Below, piece by piece: positions 38,925 to 54,100 of a DNA stretch of 64,000 nt. Numbering within the stretch: position 1 is the stretch's first letter; every line of letters begins with the position of its first letter. The stretch lies in assembly GCF_009914755.1 (NCBI RefSeq), contig NC_060937.1. One strand, given 5' to 3'. Both the position numbers and the translations under genes were made by a program. This DNA is from the human T2T-CHM13v2.0 reference genome, Homo sapiens. The notes below the pieces were generated by a model. The model did not search any database. It had not been told where the DNA came from and saw nothing but the letters and a program-made list of their open reading frames with translations.

Positions 38925-39500
38925 AGGATTTCCTAAACTAGAGAATGTCAGAATTGTTGGAGGTGCTAGATGAAAACGCAAGCAGGATCCGCTTCTGCTG
39001 AGTCGAGACCTCATTGGTAGAAGGACTCACTTTTGATAGCGAGTTTAACAAGAGTACCCCAGGTGATTCTGTTTTAGACAGTGATTCTAAAAGTGTGGCC
39101 CCGGAACGGCTGCACTAACGTCACGTGGGAATTAAGAAATGCAAACTCTCAGGTCCCACCCCCACTTACTGAAAGAGAGAGTGGGGCCCAAGCCCTCCAA
39201 GTGACTCTAGTGGCACACTAAAGTTTGAGAAGTGCTGGCTTAGGACATAGTATAGAAGTAGAACTAAATGCATGTGCTGAGTACCCAAGGTTCGGAAACA
39301 CTACATTATAAATAGCAAATAAAACGTATAGCTCTAACACACTGGTTCTCAACTTTGCCACCTCATTAGGTGACCATTAGGATCACATGGGATGCTTTCA
39401 AATATCTTGAGGCCCAGTACCACACAACAGACTATTTATATCAGGTCCTCTGGGAGAAGAACCCAGGGATCAGTATGTTCTTTAAATATACATTTCTAGG
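38925..39500. mobile_element. Cluster of MER5-family hAT MITEs (MER5A at 39079-39237 between MER5B-like pieces)
   Basis: MER5A ends 'cagtgattctaaaagtgtgg' and 'aagtttgagaagtgctg' with 8-bp TSD gttttaga/gctttagg; further TIR 'cactggttctcaacttt' at about 39340. Confidence 0.65.
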
Positions 39501-40611
39501 TGTTTTATTTGGATAGAATAACTCTAATGTTTCATTCAAAAATTCTAAAAATGATACAAATATCCTTCTTTCTTCTTTGTGGTTTTTTGTTTGCCCCAAA
39601 CAAATAGAATGTGAACATACATTTAGGATGGTTTTATCCTGAAAATTTTAAGGCAAAGAAATTACAATATAACTTATTACATAAAGACACTGTATATGTA
39701 CCATACCTGTGTGATATACGTGAAAACATGTTTATAAATGTAGAGTATCAAGCTTGATGTTTTGGAATTTATTTTAAATCATATAATCTTGAAACCATTA
39801 AACCATATTTTTCTGATTACAGAATGTATTTTCATTTACACAAACACACATTTTTGTCAATAGGATATAGGACTTTTATCTTCTCAAAGAGGTCAAGTGT
39901 TAAGTCAGAAACATCTTTCAAAGGAAATGTGATAAAAGTAATGTCAAATTCAAGCTAGTGATCTATTCCAGAACAAAGTATCCTATTTTCTCTCTTCAAA
40001 GGTTTCTAACAAGTAGGTATTAAACTTCATCTTAGTGTTTAACACACAAATTTATTTTTCAAACTGCTGCTTTGAAAGCAAAAGCCATGAATTCTGTAAT
40101 GTCATTGCATTACTTTTAGGATTCCATCCCACAAATGCTAAAGCAGCGGTAACTCCCAGTAGGATTTTATCTGGGCAAGAGGCAAAACTAAATGCCTGAA
40201 GTGATCCCACTGTGCACTAATCTCAAGGCTAATTTGTCAAATCTGCGTTTCATTTGTTTTCCTTGCTTTGTAAAAGTGTATTGATAAGCCATTTTTGTCA
40301 TCTTCCCGGGAATTAGATGGCGATCAATCTCGTTTGCATTCCTGACTCTTGAGTAATTAGTGACCCAGTGGGTCTCCTACAAGAAGGGTAAATGCGAGGA
40401 CAAATTCTATTGAGCAGCTCTTATTGTAAACAATTTGCTTTCTTGCTGGCTTCCCAGGTTGCTACATTTTGAAGGTTCTTACTTTTTTTATTCAGAATTT
40501 GTTCTGCTTCAGAACATCATAAAAGTGATGTCAGCCTTTTGTATACTTTATTTATGTTTTGTTGTGCTCAGGGCAAATGATTCTACAAGACATAAAACAT
40601 CTGGGACTGAG

Positions 40612-41125
40612 AGATCCTTTTTATGAAGATGGTGTTGAAAGGAAAGAAGGAAACCCCCGACACCACGCCCCTCCTCTGCAAAATCAAAGCCAAAACTGGC
40701 TTTGAAGGTCAAGAAGCCTGTGCTGAAAGGTGTTCACAGCCCTGAAAGGCCCACAGTCAGTCACTTTTTCTGTGGTGGGAGCCCCGGGTATCATACAAGC
40801 AGCTCCTGTGTCCTTGGACAAGCCCTCCATGGAGAACCACCATACCCTCATCAAGTTCTTGAAGCACAGAGACAATGAAGAAAAAGATGGATGGTAGCAC
40901 CCTACTGGTGTTTATTAAGGACATCAGGGCCAAGAAGCACCAAAACCAGCCAAGAAGGGGCCCCGCACACAATGTGGCCAAGACCAAGGTGGCCATCGAG
41001 CCTGGTGGAGAGAAGGCTATCCTAGGATCAACCCAGATGGGCATGATTTGAACACTGCCAGTCTCTGGCATCCTCTAAACTCAGCCCACCCTGCTGATTG
41101 TAAAGATTAGTTTTAATCACCCAAA
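40612..41125 (+). pseudogene. Highly decayed RPL23A (uL23) processed pseudogene
   Basis: Intronless and collinear with RPL23A mRNA: ATG 40629 MVLKGKKE (cf. MAPKAKKE), ALKVKKPVLKGVHS (cf. ALKAKKAVLKGVHS), LVFIKDIRAKKHQ (cf. LVFIVDVKANKHQ), NVAKTKVAIEPGGEKA (cf. DVAKVNTLIRPDGEKKA), TAA at 41076 and a 3'UTR-like 'actcagcccaccctgc'; many indels. Confidence 0.85.
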
Positions 41126-42371
41126 TGAAGGAATGGGAGAAGAAATTCTCTGACTCGTCCAATAACATATGTCCCAGATGTCACCTGAGATTTCCTTGTA
41201 AATATTTTAAGGATGCTTCTAACATAGTCTTAGTAGGAACCATATAAGCTCCCATTTGAGCGAACTCAGAAAGAGCAGTTTGTTTAAGTTGCTATTGACC
41301 TATCTGAATTCTCTTCTCCCTGCACCATCCACCTCCCTCCCTCCTGTCCTGCTCACCACACCAACACACTGGAACAATTGGAAAAGTAAAATCAGTTGTG
41401 GAGTTTGATCTAGATAACATAAACCAGTTGCTTACTAACTATGCACTCTTGCGGAAGCTGCTTTAGCTATAAGATTAAAAAAACAAAATTTATTTGCAAG
41501 AATTTTAAGGTAGAAATCATGAATATGAAATGCCTGACACAGAGCATGTGTTCACAGAATGATTTCTATTATCAAAAATAGGAGCCAAAAACACCCCACC
41601 ACAGGAAAAGTGGGACGGGAGGCAATGGAGCAATGGTCAGAACAGATTGACAGTTATCCACTGCAAGAGTCATCTTAGTCATTTAAATCTGGGGGTCAGT
41701 TTTGAACCTTTGAGAGGTTCCAAGTTTCAAACACTCCGGGCTAAGAGTCAGCAAATGAATTCTGGAGATAATAAATTTGAGGATGGTGGATGTGGATTCT
41801 GCTCCATGTACCTCCCGGCTGACTGTGGACACGGGGAGAGACAGAGCCTATTCCTGTAGATCTCTGAGAGGTAAGGGACTGAGAATAGCTACAAAATCAT
41901 TTCAGGAAATGACTCAGCTGCTTTTGTACCTTTATGTGGGTTGTTTTAGTCACATAAATGGATCAATGTCTAAATAAGGCGGCGATACTCGGCCAGTTCT
42001 TCTGCATTAAGTGAAAAGCAGGACTGTGTGATGGACAGTGAGAAGGCAGGTTCCGGGAAGAGGGTGAGAACCGGAGTGTGGAGCCCCAAGGCAAATGCTG
42101 CCTTCTTATTGTTTCACCTCTGCAGAGGCCCCTGGCTTTCTGATGCCTGACCTGACTGTTACCTCGGGATTGCTTTGTGAAGTGGCACACACATGCCTGT
42201 CCCAAGGCCTCCAAGAAGCCCTTGCTCAGCTCAGCTGAATCCAGCCTCTCCATAACATCACGATGTTTCTTTACCTGCTTTCTCATCCCTCCTTTGCTAA
42301 AAGAAGAAAGAAAAGGTACAAAAGTGAACTGTTGCAGGCATATTCATGGTCTCCTCTGCATCCTGCTCCCT

Positions 42372-43086
42372 TTTTCTTTTTTCTTTTATTAAAAAGTCTT
42401 TATTTCCATAGGTTTTTGGGGAGCAGGTGGTATTTGGTTATATGAGCGGGTTCTTTAGTGGTGATTTGTGAGATTTTGGTGCACCTGTCACGCGAGCAGT
42501 ATACACTGAACCCAGTTTGTGGTCTTTTATCGCTCACGCACTTCCCGCCCTTTCTTCCTGAGTCCTCAATGTCTACTGTGTCATTCTTATGCCCATGCAT
42601 CCTCATAGCTTAGCTCCCACTTATGAGTAAGAACATACATGTTCTTTGCAATTGCGAATTGTGCTGCTATAAACATGTGTGTGCAAGTATCTTTTTCATA
42701 TAATGAATTCTTTTCCTCTGGGTAGATACCCAGTAGTGGGATTGCTGGATCAAATGGTAGTTCTACTTTTAGTTCTTTAGGGAATCTTCACAGTTTTCCA
42801 TAGTGGTTGCACTAGTTTACATTCCCACCAGCAGCGTAGAAGTGTTCCCTTCTCACTGCATCTACACCAACATCTATTATTTTTTGATTTTTTGATTATG
42901 GCCACTCTTGCAGGAGTAAGATGGTTTTGCATTGTGGTTTTGATTTGCATCTCCCTGATCATTAGTGATGTTGAGCATTTTTTCATATGTTTGTTGGCCA
43001 TTTGTGTATCCTCTTTCAAGAACTGTCTATTCATGTCCTTAGCCCACTTTTTGATGGGATTGTTTTTTTTCTTGCTAATTTGTTTG
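42372..43086 (-). mobile_element. L1PB (L1PB1-like), 5'-truncated, with an internal deletion near 42637
   Basis: 'ttctttagtggtgatttgtgagattttggtgcacc'; ORF 42777-43034(-) '[43 protein letters not shown]' is L1 ORF2p; TSD ctgctccctttttctt / ctgcccccttcttctt. Confidence 0.92.
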
Positions 43087-43950
43087 CTGCCCCCTTCTTC
43101 TTAGCAGTAGACTTGGTACAGTATTCTTAGGCTCCCACTGCGTGGAGTGCATAAAAAGCTCTCTTGCAAATGCCAACACTCAGCTATCTCCTTTCTCAAA
43201 AGTTTGCAAATGAGTAATTAAGAAATGTTTTCATCTAACAGATTGCACATCATTCTGTCAGGCAGGGAACTCTTCACCCCTTACTCCCCTCACCCCTGTC
43301 TCTCTCTTTATTGTGTAATACACTGGGGACACAAAATTAAGAATAAGATAAAAGGGGCAGCATCTTCCCTCACAAAGTATAATGGAAGAGATGATAAATA
43401 CACTTATAATTAAATATTTTGCATTTTAAACTCCAACGAAAATTTAAAATGTATTTATACGGTAAGTATCAAGCTCAACATGCACTGAAGCTGAGCTATT
43501 CTGAGAGCAAAAGTTCTACCTGGCATTGATGGCAAGAAAGGTAAGAAAGGTTTCTGGGGTAGACAGAAGATGGCCCTCCCAAGGTGTCCATGCCTTAATC
43601 CCCCCAAACTGTAAATACAGTAGGTTACATGGCAAAGGGGGATTATCACTGCAGACAGAATGAAGGGAACTAACCAGCTGACTTTAAACAGATTATCCTG
43701 CATTACCCAGGCAGACCCAAGTAATTATAGGGATTCTTAAAAGTGAACAAAAGGCAAAAGGGGAGGTCAGGGTGATGGGACGCCTGGGGGACCTGTGATT
43801 GCTGGCAAAGACAGGGCAAGGAGCCATTGCCTGTGACATGTAGGAAGCCTCTAGAGACTGGAAGAGGCAAGAGACTGACTCCACCCTCACCCTTTCAGAC
43901 AGGAAGCCAGTCTTGTATTACCTGGAACCCAGTGAGACTGGGGCAGACTT

Positions 43951-44771
<821 letters not shown>

Positions 44772-45692
44772 TTACACCACTAAGTTTGTGGTAACTTGTT
44801 ATAAGGGAAACAGGAAATGCATGCCACTTCCCTGAAGAGTTGACAACTGAGCTGAGTTTGTATAGATTTAAGCCAAGCTAGGCAGGGAGGTGAGAAAGCA
44901 TATCCTACATGAAGATAACAAGATTCCTGGCACTGGAGCCAAAGATGATGGTAATGAGGGGTAGGAGTTAAGCTGGAACTGATAGGCACAGCTGGACCAG
45001 GGAAAGCCTGGTTTGCAGTTTAACTTTTTCCACAGACCATGTTGCCTTTGTTGGCCTGAACCACTGGCCACTCCAGAAATGTCTTGTAACCTTTCAGAGC
45101 TTGTGCCTTTGTTCACACCAATCCTTCTACTTAGAGTAAGCTTCCTACCTATTCCACTAGCCCAAATTTTACCCTCAGCCATAAAACATGAATTGACGTG
45201 ACCTGTGATCACCTCAACTGAAATGGTCACATCTTCCCGAGAACTTTTATGACACTTTATGTTCCTCAGTTTTGGTCCATCGCCCTAATGGCTCGAATGA
45301 GAGTTATTTGTGTGTCCAACTCATGTTATTTATTATTAGCATCTGAAGATGAAAACGGCATCTACCTAGTAAATCCTCTGCGACTTCTCTCATGCCGCCA
45401 TGATGCAGTGCGTGACAGAGCAGGTCCGTGATACATAGGTCTTTGATAAGATGTTTATGAACAACTAAAAGAGTGACATCAAGCCCAGGAGACACCTTCC
45501 AGTCTGGAGGAAAAAGACCTGTTCCTGGTCCATTAATCAAAACAGAAGATCAGGCAGTGAATCCCAACAAATAGTAGATGCACCCATCTTAAACACTTCA
45601 CACGTAAACATCTGTTCACCAGACTTCTGAGGTGGGGTCTTCTGATTGGTATTTTGTCTTGTCTCTTTGCATAAAACGCCCCTAGAACACAT

Positions 45693-46059
45693 CTCTACTA
45701 GATTTCTAGGGCAGCCATAACAAAAGACCCCATACTGCACGGGTTAAACAACAGAAATTTATTTTTTCACCTTTCAGGAGGCTGGAAGTCCAAGATTAAG
45801 GTGTTGGCAGGTTTGTTACTCGGCTGGCAGATGGCCACCCTCTTGCAGCCTCTTCATGTGGTCTGGGTATGAGCATCCCTATCCCTGGTGTCTTTTTTCC
45901 TTCTTATGAAGACACTGGTCACATCAGATTAGGGCCCACTCTGAAGACCTCGTTTTAACTTAATGACCTCTTTAAAGACCCTATGGTTACATTCTGAGAC
46001 ACTAGAGGGTTGGGACTTCAACATACGAATTTGTGGAAGATGCCATTCAGCCCATAATA
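45693..46059 (-). mobile_element. MLT1B LTR
   Basis: 'ctagggcagccataacaaa..aaacaacagaaattta..gacctcgttttaacttaatgacctctttaaag..attcagcccataa'. Confidence 0.85.
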
Positions 46060-46109
46060 ACATAATTTTCATTTTCATTTGCTTTAAAATAAATCAAGAA
46101 GTACATTTT

Positions 46110-46390
46110 GGCTGGGCATGGTGGCTCACGCCTATAATCCCAGCACTTTGGGAGGCCAAGGTGGGCGGATCACGAGGTCAGGAGATCGAGACCATCCTGG
46201 CTAACACGGTGAAGCCCCCTCTCTACTAAAAATACAAAAAAATTAGCTGGGTGTGGTGGTGGGCGCCTGTGGTCCCAGCTACTTGGGAGACTGAGGCAGG
46301 AGAATCCCTTGAACCCAGCAGGCAGAGCTTGCAGTGCCACTCAACTCCAGCCTAGGTGACACAGCGAGCCTCGTTCTCAAAAAAAAAAAA
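46110..46390 (+). mobile_element. AluSc/AluY-like
   Basis: 'ggatcacgaggtcaggagatcgagaccatcctggctaacacgg'; TSD aagaagtacatttt / aagaagtatatttt. Confidence 0.9.
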
Positions 46391-46799
46391 GAAGTATATT
46401 TTGAGTGGAGAATCCTTCTAGATTCTTACATTTTCCCTTCGTCTTTTAAGAGTTTTCTCCCCCACATCTAATTCAACAGCAACTTCACTCCTCTCTCATG
46501 GCCATCTTCCAAAGCAATTGCTTTGATTTCACAGAAATAACAAATCCCTTCTCACATTCAGACATCACCGGTTTACCTTACAGTGAATTAAGTCATGTAA
46601 TTACAATAGCAAGCATCAACAGTTCTGGGAACAAATATAACTGACTTTTGGTAAGCTTACAACTCAACTATTTAGAAGTCTGAGAATACAGAAATGGGCC
46701 AAGCAGAGAATTACCCAGCAACCTTCCACACTCAGCCTGTGGTGGGCCTGAGTCCTGTGCTTCATAGCACAAATGGGGAAGCAACCCAGTGGGGGCACT

Positions 46800-47620
46800 T
46801 ACAGAGACCCTGGAGTAACAGAACCTGGGAACTGGACAACTTCATGGAGTCTCATACCCCGACTCCTCTTCTAGTAGAATTCCTATGTTGGATTTGTAAC
46901 ACTCTTTTTAATTCTAGATTTCAATGATTCAGTGAAAATCCCTGACAGTGGGTATCTAACAGTTGCTGGATTCTTCCTGGTGATAGGGTTTTCCATGCTC
47001 ACAAGGCAAGCCTGTTCCTTTCCCAGATGTTTTCATTGGTGAGAAGCACCTGCATTTTTTGGAGATGCACTCTGCCTCCTTGCAATTCCCATTTATTTTA
47101 GCCCTTAGGAGTTGTATCTGTCTTCTAAATACAAAGCTTATATTTTATCCGTCAAACATCTAGAGACATTTTTCTTAATCTTATGTATCACCCTCATTCT
47201 TCCCTTCATTCCTCCTGCCATAGGATCTCACATCATTTTTCATCCTAATTGCCTCACTCTGGACACATTGTATTTTGCCAAAGTTCTCTTCAAATTGTAG
47301 CCCCCAGAACTGTCATTCTGCAGATCTCAGCTGACCAATCCAAAACAAACTGAAACGACACCTTTCCTGATTCTTTACATTTCCACTAAGATAACTAAAA
47401 ATCACCTTGATGGCTCTCAAGAAAAACACTCAGATCTTTTTTCAACCCACAAGTATGTGAACAAGTTGGTCCCAGATTCACATTGTATAATATCAAAGAC
47501 AAAGTTCACTTGAATATCACTTGCCGTTTTGAGTCTCTCACACAGTGTAATATGTGTTTGTGTCAAGTCCACGTATGTCATGAAAAAATAGTCCATAAAG
47601 GAACGACATGAACTCAGCTC
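46800..47620 (-). mobile_element. L3/CR1 fragment
   Basis: 'ttgcctcactctggacacattg..ctcttcaaattgtagcccccagaactg..ctgcagatctcagctgacca' resembles antisense CR1 RT region. Confidence 0.5.
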
Positions 47621-47849
47621 TGCAAGTACCAGCTGTGTGATTTGCACCGGAGTTCCCAAATTACAACCATTCCCTTACGACTCTTGTGACACTATGTCTT
47701 AGTACTACCGTTCAGTTATTTAACTAAATCAACTCATTTTCCAAATTGTAAATAAATCATTTAAATAGAAATTTTTATTACATCAGCACCACAAGGCAGG
47801 GGAAAAAAAAAAAGAAATTTTTATTCCAATAAAGATCCTCAACAACCGG

Positions 47850-49140
<1,291 letters not shown>

Positions 49141-51161
49141 GCCTGGTGGTCTTCTCCACCTTCATTGAGCAAAGTGGCTCGAAAATTCCTGATCTGCTAC
49201 TTTCCATATCAGCCAGAGGCTGCATGTTCACACCAGCGACGCCGACCCCACCTCCACAAAGAAGGAAGAAGACCACCTCTGCCAGGCCCTTCGCTTCATC
49301 GACACAGACCTAGGGTAACTCACTAAAGCTCTTTGCTTCCCCTGCTTACTGCAGCCTAAAGACAGTTCTTTGGAATAAGGAGCTAGGATATAGTACAATT
49401 TTGTGATAGGCAAGTACCTCATTTTTATTATGCAGTGTGCCTGAGGATAAATTTTGTTTAGAGCTCCCTGTTTTTCTGATAGATATATGACCAGTGTGTA
49501 GCGCTCAGAGCTAGTGACATAGAAATAATTTAACAGATGTAGGGATATGATTTTTCTCTTCCACTGTCTCTCTCTCAAACATCTTTAGTTTCACAGCTTC
49601 CTCACCGCAACACCTTACGTTTCTTATATATTACTTCTCAACACAGTAAGTCTGTTAAAGTATGAAGAAACCTAGGTGAAATTTTTCTTCTTCCTTGGAA
49701 TATTCTTCTAAAGCCAACAGGAAGATTTAGCTGCAGACCGGCTGTAGAGAATTGTGACACAAATATAAAATGTCAAATAAAGAATAAAAGTGTTTATGTT
49801 GGTCCCTTCCTGAACCTACAATAGCTCTATAACAAATAAAGTAAAATAATCAGAATGAAGTAACAGCTATAACAAAAAAAAAATGGTTAATTAGCGAATC
49901 CTATCCCAAATATCCGAGAATTATGAATATTCAACCTCTGATGTGTAGAGGGAGAAACCTTACTGAATCCCATGTGTGAGTACCTCTGTCACTATCTTGA
50001 GTTGGGTATTTATAGTAACTTACAGCTGCAGATTCTTGACTGTACAGCCGTATGTTTTATTATTCGACCAGATGTAGGCCATAAAACTGTTTTATCTATT
50101 CTGGGGTTTGCTTAGTACTAATAAAATAAACTTCAAATCCCTAACTTAGTGGCTGTTGTGATATTGTAACACTTCAGCAAAGTACAGTTTGGCTATCTGG
50201 TACACTGAAAATGTTCTAAAGTCAAAGTGTACTTGGAAAGATATATTTCTGCTCCTAAAGATTTCATAAAGACCCTTGCAATTTGGATGAATTGTGCTGT
50301 GCAATGACTTGTTTTTCTATTGATTTCTAGGCTGATGGACCATAACCTTCATTGATAGTTCATTCTGGCTTCCTCCAGACTGAAAAGGAAATAGCACTGA
50401 GTCTCTTCTCTGCCTTGGAGCCTACGTTATTGATATTCTTTCATCATTATGTAGGAACATAAAGCTTCTGTTATGTTGCAATTATTATGTGTCTTTACTA
50501 GAATGTAGTTAGTGAAACAAAAATAGATGAGGCAGCCCACCACAGGGCTGTCCTGCTGTTCTCTGTTACACTGAGTACAATACACAGAGCTCAGAGAAAG
50601 CTCCCCATTCATGCTGATTTTTTGGCAACAGTTGCACAAAAGAAATCTTTCTGAAGTTCTCAAAAGTGAAAATGTCATAATTAGCATTTCAACCCAATAG
50701 GAGCTATGCAGAAGAGTTGAGTCAATTTTCATACAACAATGTATTATTTTAACTCATCTTTCTCTAGGTACTTTTTATGAATTTCATACCATTTTTAAGA
50801 AATGATATAATGAAACAAGATTATGAACCTCCTATGGGAAAGAGCTGACAAAATTTTGCCAGATTTTAGAAGTCTTTTGAGATTTCTTGCACTAGATTTT
50901 ATCTACCTGCCCAGACCATGGAACGTAGTCCTATCAACCTACGACTATTGAGATTCCTTAAAGCTTACGAAGTTAAACATTCATAGGAACAAAATCTTTT
51001 ATGCCTTTTTTTAACTTTTCATTAAACGGAAACAAAAAGATCTAATGATCACGCATGCTCACCAAAATAGATATTAACACTTCTGAGAATAACCACTGAA
51101 AGGCAGCATAAGTTAATTCAAAGTCAGGATGGGCATGAGAGAGCTCACTGGGTTTACTCCC

Positions 51162-51503
51162 TGTGATTGATAACAATTACCTGCCATTTGCAGACTATTT
51201 CTTGTTCCCTCCCTCTTTCTCAGTACTTCCTGGTACTGACAGGGACCACGTGACTGGTTCCAGCCAATGCAACGCAAGTAGAAGTGATGGGTCACTTCTG
51301 GGCTGAGTGTTTCCCTGGGGGTGCAAATCCCTCCAGAGCTGTCTCTTTCTCTGTTACAGCAACCAGTTATGTGCAAGATGGTGGCCACTCTGACTACCCG
51401 GGTAACAAAGGGACAATGCCACCACCCAGGATGTACATGAACCTTTCTTATTTTAAGCCACTGACATTTGGGAGTTGATTCTTACTAGCCTATTCTGACA
51501 AAT
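51162..51503 (+). mobile_element. MLT1I/J-like LTR
   Basis: 'ccacgtgactggttccagccaatg..gaagtgatgggtcacttctggg..ttttaagccactgacatttggg..ctagcctattctgac'. Confidence 0.7.
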
Positions 51504-53429
51504 TTTTTTAAATGATTATTTTTGCAATAAACTGATTCTTCATTTTGCCTTATAAAGATGGTTATCTACATTAGAAACAGTATACAATTTGGGAGGGTGA
51601 GAGGTGCTTCATATCTCCGGGTTAATAATGTGCAGTGATGAATAGGCAGAAAGCAGGAAACAACCGTGGCCACGAAGATAGTTGTTTTTCTAAATCAGGG
51701 AACTAGAAAAGCCTTCAGATTCAGACGGGGCAAAGACTGGGGCTAAGAGTTACCTGTCCCCAAATTCCTTTTGTTTTATAAGAGAAGTCTGGTTAAAATG
51801 AACTTCAGAAGTTGCTTTGAAGAGGAAAAATCGGGGGAAAGGAGACAAAATATACAACTAGAATCGGCTAAGTAGGCAAAAGTACCTGGTATTTATATTC
51901 TTATTATAGGTACATGAATTTCAGAACTTTGATTTTTCTTTTTTCTTTTTTTTTTTTAGTAACAGCTGTGACTTACCATTTCCCCCAACTACTGCCGGCT
52001 GGTCAGGGAAAGAAATCATGAGACTGCCGAGCCGCTTGCTCTACCCCGGGGAGCGACAGGAGAAGCAGGTGTGGCTGAAGATGCAAAGGTCTGAGGTTCC
52101 TTTGCTGCGTGTCAACTCCTGGCCTCGCAGCTGTGAATGCCCAGCTTTTTACCTTCTCCGTGTTATGACGACAGGAACACTCACATTTCACTTGCTCAAA
52201 ATAACGTGCATGTCATACGAAAAGTGAACTTGATCTCTTGAACTTCCAGAAAACCCTCATTTGCAGCGGGTGAGCTTTCGTTTTTGGAATACAAATAGAA
52301 TTTAGGATCCCTCTTTACACTCTGGCTCTGCGTCATCCCGCAGCTTCTTCAACAGATTTTCTTTTTGCCCATGGCAATGTGAAACAAAGTTTTGTTTTTT
52401 TGTTTTTTTTTTTTTTTTTTTTTTTTTTGCTTCCCAAAATGACAATATTGAGAACATCTGGTTTGTAGCCATCTTAAAGTTTGTTCTGCAATGCCATTAG
52501 GTTTAAACATCCGTCATTAAATCAAGGGATTGACAAAATGCTCTGAGTTGAATTGCAACAGAGGGTACTACATAATTATCTTTTTTTTGGAAACAAATTG
52601 AAAAAGAATTAATTGTCTCTTCTTGAAGAGTGTGGGTCCAAATCACCAAAGGTATCTGTTTTCTTTTCCAAATAAGAAAATGTATTTAATTTATTCTACT
52701 AATTTTCCATTTTCTGTCCCACTGACTACTATATTTAATTATTCTAAATCTCTCTCCACATAAAGACAGTGATGCGCTTCTGACAGTCATTACAAAGATA
52801 TTGTTTTGTAAATGTCTTTGCCTATTTGAAAAGCACTAAAAGTTTTCAGCAGTTTTGCCCCCCACTGGTTTCCTAGGCAGGCACGGATCAATATGTCATT
52901 TGATAAAATACAGTGCAGGGACACTACCCCATCAGAGTCCGGGTTCTCCTGACGTCTCCTGGTGCCAGCATCTTGCTCTGTTTTCACGTTCTCCGGGAAA
53001 GAAGAACTGATCAAACATAACGTGCACTGTGATTAGCTGTTTAAGCTGAAAGTGATAACAGATGAATATCATTAAGACTCCAGGACCTCTTAAATCCAGA
53101 AAGAAAACTAAGGCTGGATGAGTAAAGAGGCTGGCAGGTTGCCCTTCAGTACCCAGCTGAACAGCTCATCCACTGTGAGGGAAGTCATATGCGATTGATT
53201 AAATATAAGCTCTCTAGACAGCCTGATACCACTCCCAAAGCTTTTACAGTGATGTCTTTCCCAAGTGGTGGAATGAAGCAGCTTTTCTCTGCTTTATTGG
53301 GAAATTGGAAAACCCTGGTGTCTTCCTTTTATTCCCTAAGTTCAAGCTGCTTTTAGTTATCATTTATGTAAAGGATTAGATAATGTGAGAATATTTATTA
53401 TGCTTGAAAAACATCATTTTTAGTCAAAT

Positions 53430-53550
53430 TTTAAAGTTTCAATTTTTATTTTAAAGACGGGGGTACATGTGCAGGTTAGTTACACGGGTAGATTGCACCC
53501 AGATAGTAAGCATAGTTACCCAAGAGGTCGTTTTTCAACTCATCCCTCCA
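53430..53550 (-). mobile_element. Old L1PA 3'-terminal fragment
   Basis: 'gggggtacatgtgcaggttagttacacgggta..cccagatagtaagcatag'. Confidence 0.7.
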
Positions 53551-53744
53551 AAAAAATTTTTAAAAGAATTTGCTTCTTAAGAAATCTAGTATATAGAAAC
53601 ACTATCTTTTCTGTATGTAATTATTTTTAGTTTGGATAAGATACCTTTTTTTGAATGGTTACTAAATTATTCAGAATGCTAGATCCCAAAGCACAAAGAA
53701 AGAGAATAAAAATTAAGCAAAAGCAGGGTCTTTGTGTAAGGAGG

Positions 53745-53942
53745 AGCTGTGGGGTTCAAGTCAGGGCTTCACCCCTTAACTAGTTGGGAAATGTGGGCCA
53801 AGTTTATTTAACTTTGAAGTCTATTTTCTCAACTCTCCAATGTTAGTAATAAATCCTATTCCACACGGTTGTTATGAACATTACATTAGATAATGCTGAT
53901 AAGGAACCTGGCAGGGAAGTGCTAAATAACAAGTAGCTATTC
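53745..53942 (+). mobile_element. MIR
   Basis: 'gggttcaagtc..ggccaagtttatttaact..acggttgttatgaacatta'. Confidence 0.6.
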
Positions 53943-53959
53943 CCAATACTTCCAACAAT

Positions 53960-54100
53960 TTTTTTTCTTAATTTTATTTTAACTTCCAGGATACATGCGC
54001 AGAACATGCAGGTTTGTTACATAGGTGTATGTGTGCCATGGTGGTTTGCTGCACCCATCAACCCATCCCCTAGGTATTCAGGCCCGGGTGCATTAGCTAT
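53960..54100 (-). mobile_element. Short L1PA (PA8-10-like) 3' end with TSD
   Basis: 'ggatacatgcgcagaacatgcaggtttgttacatagg'; TSD ttccaacaattt / ttccaacgattt. Confidence 0.85.
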
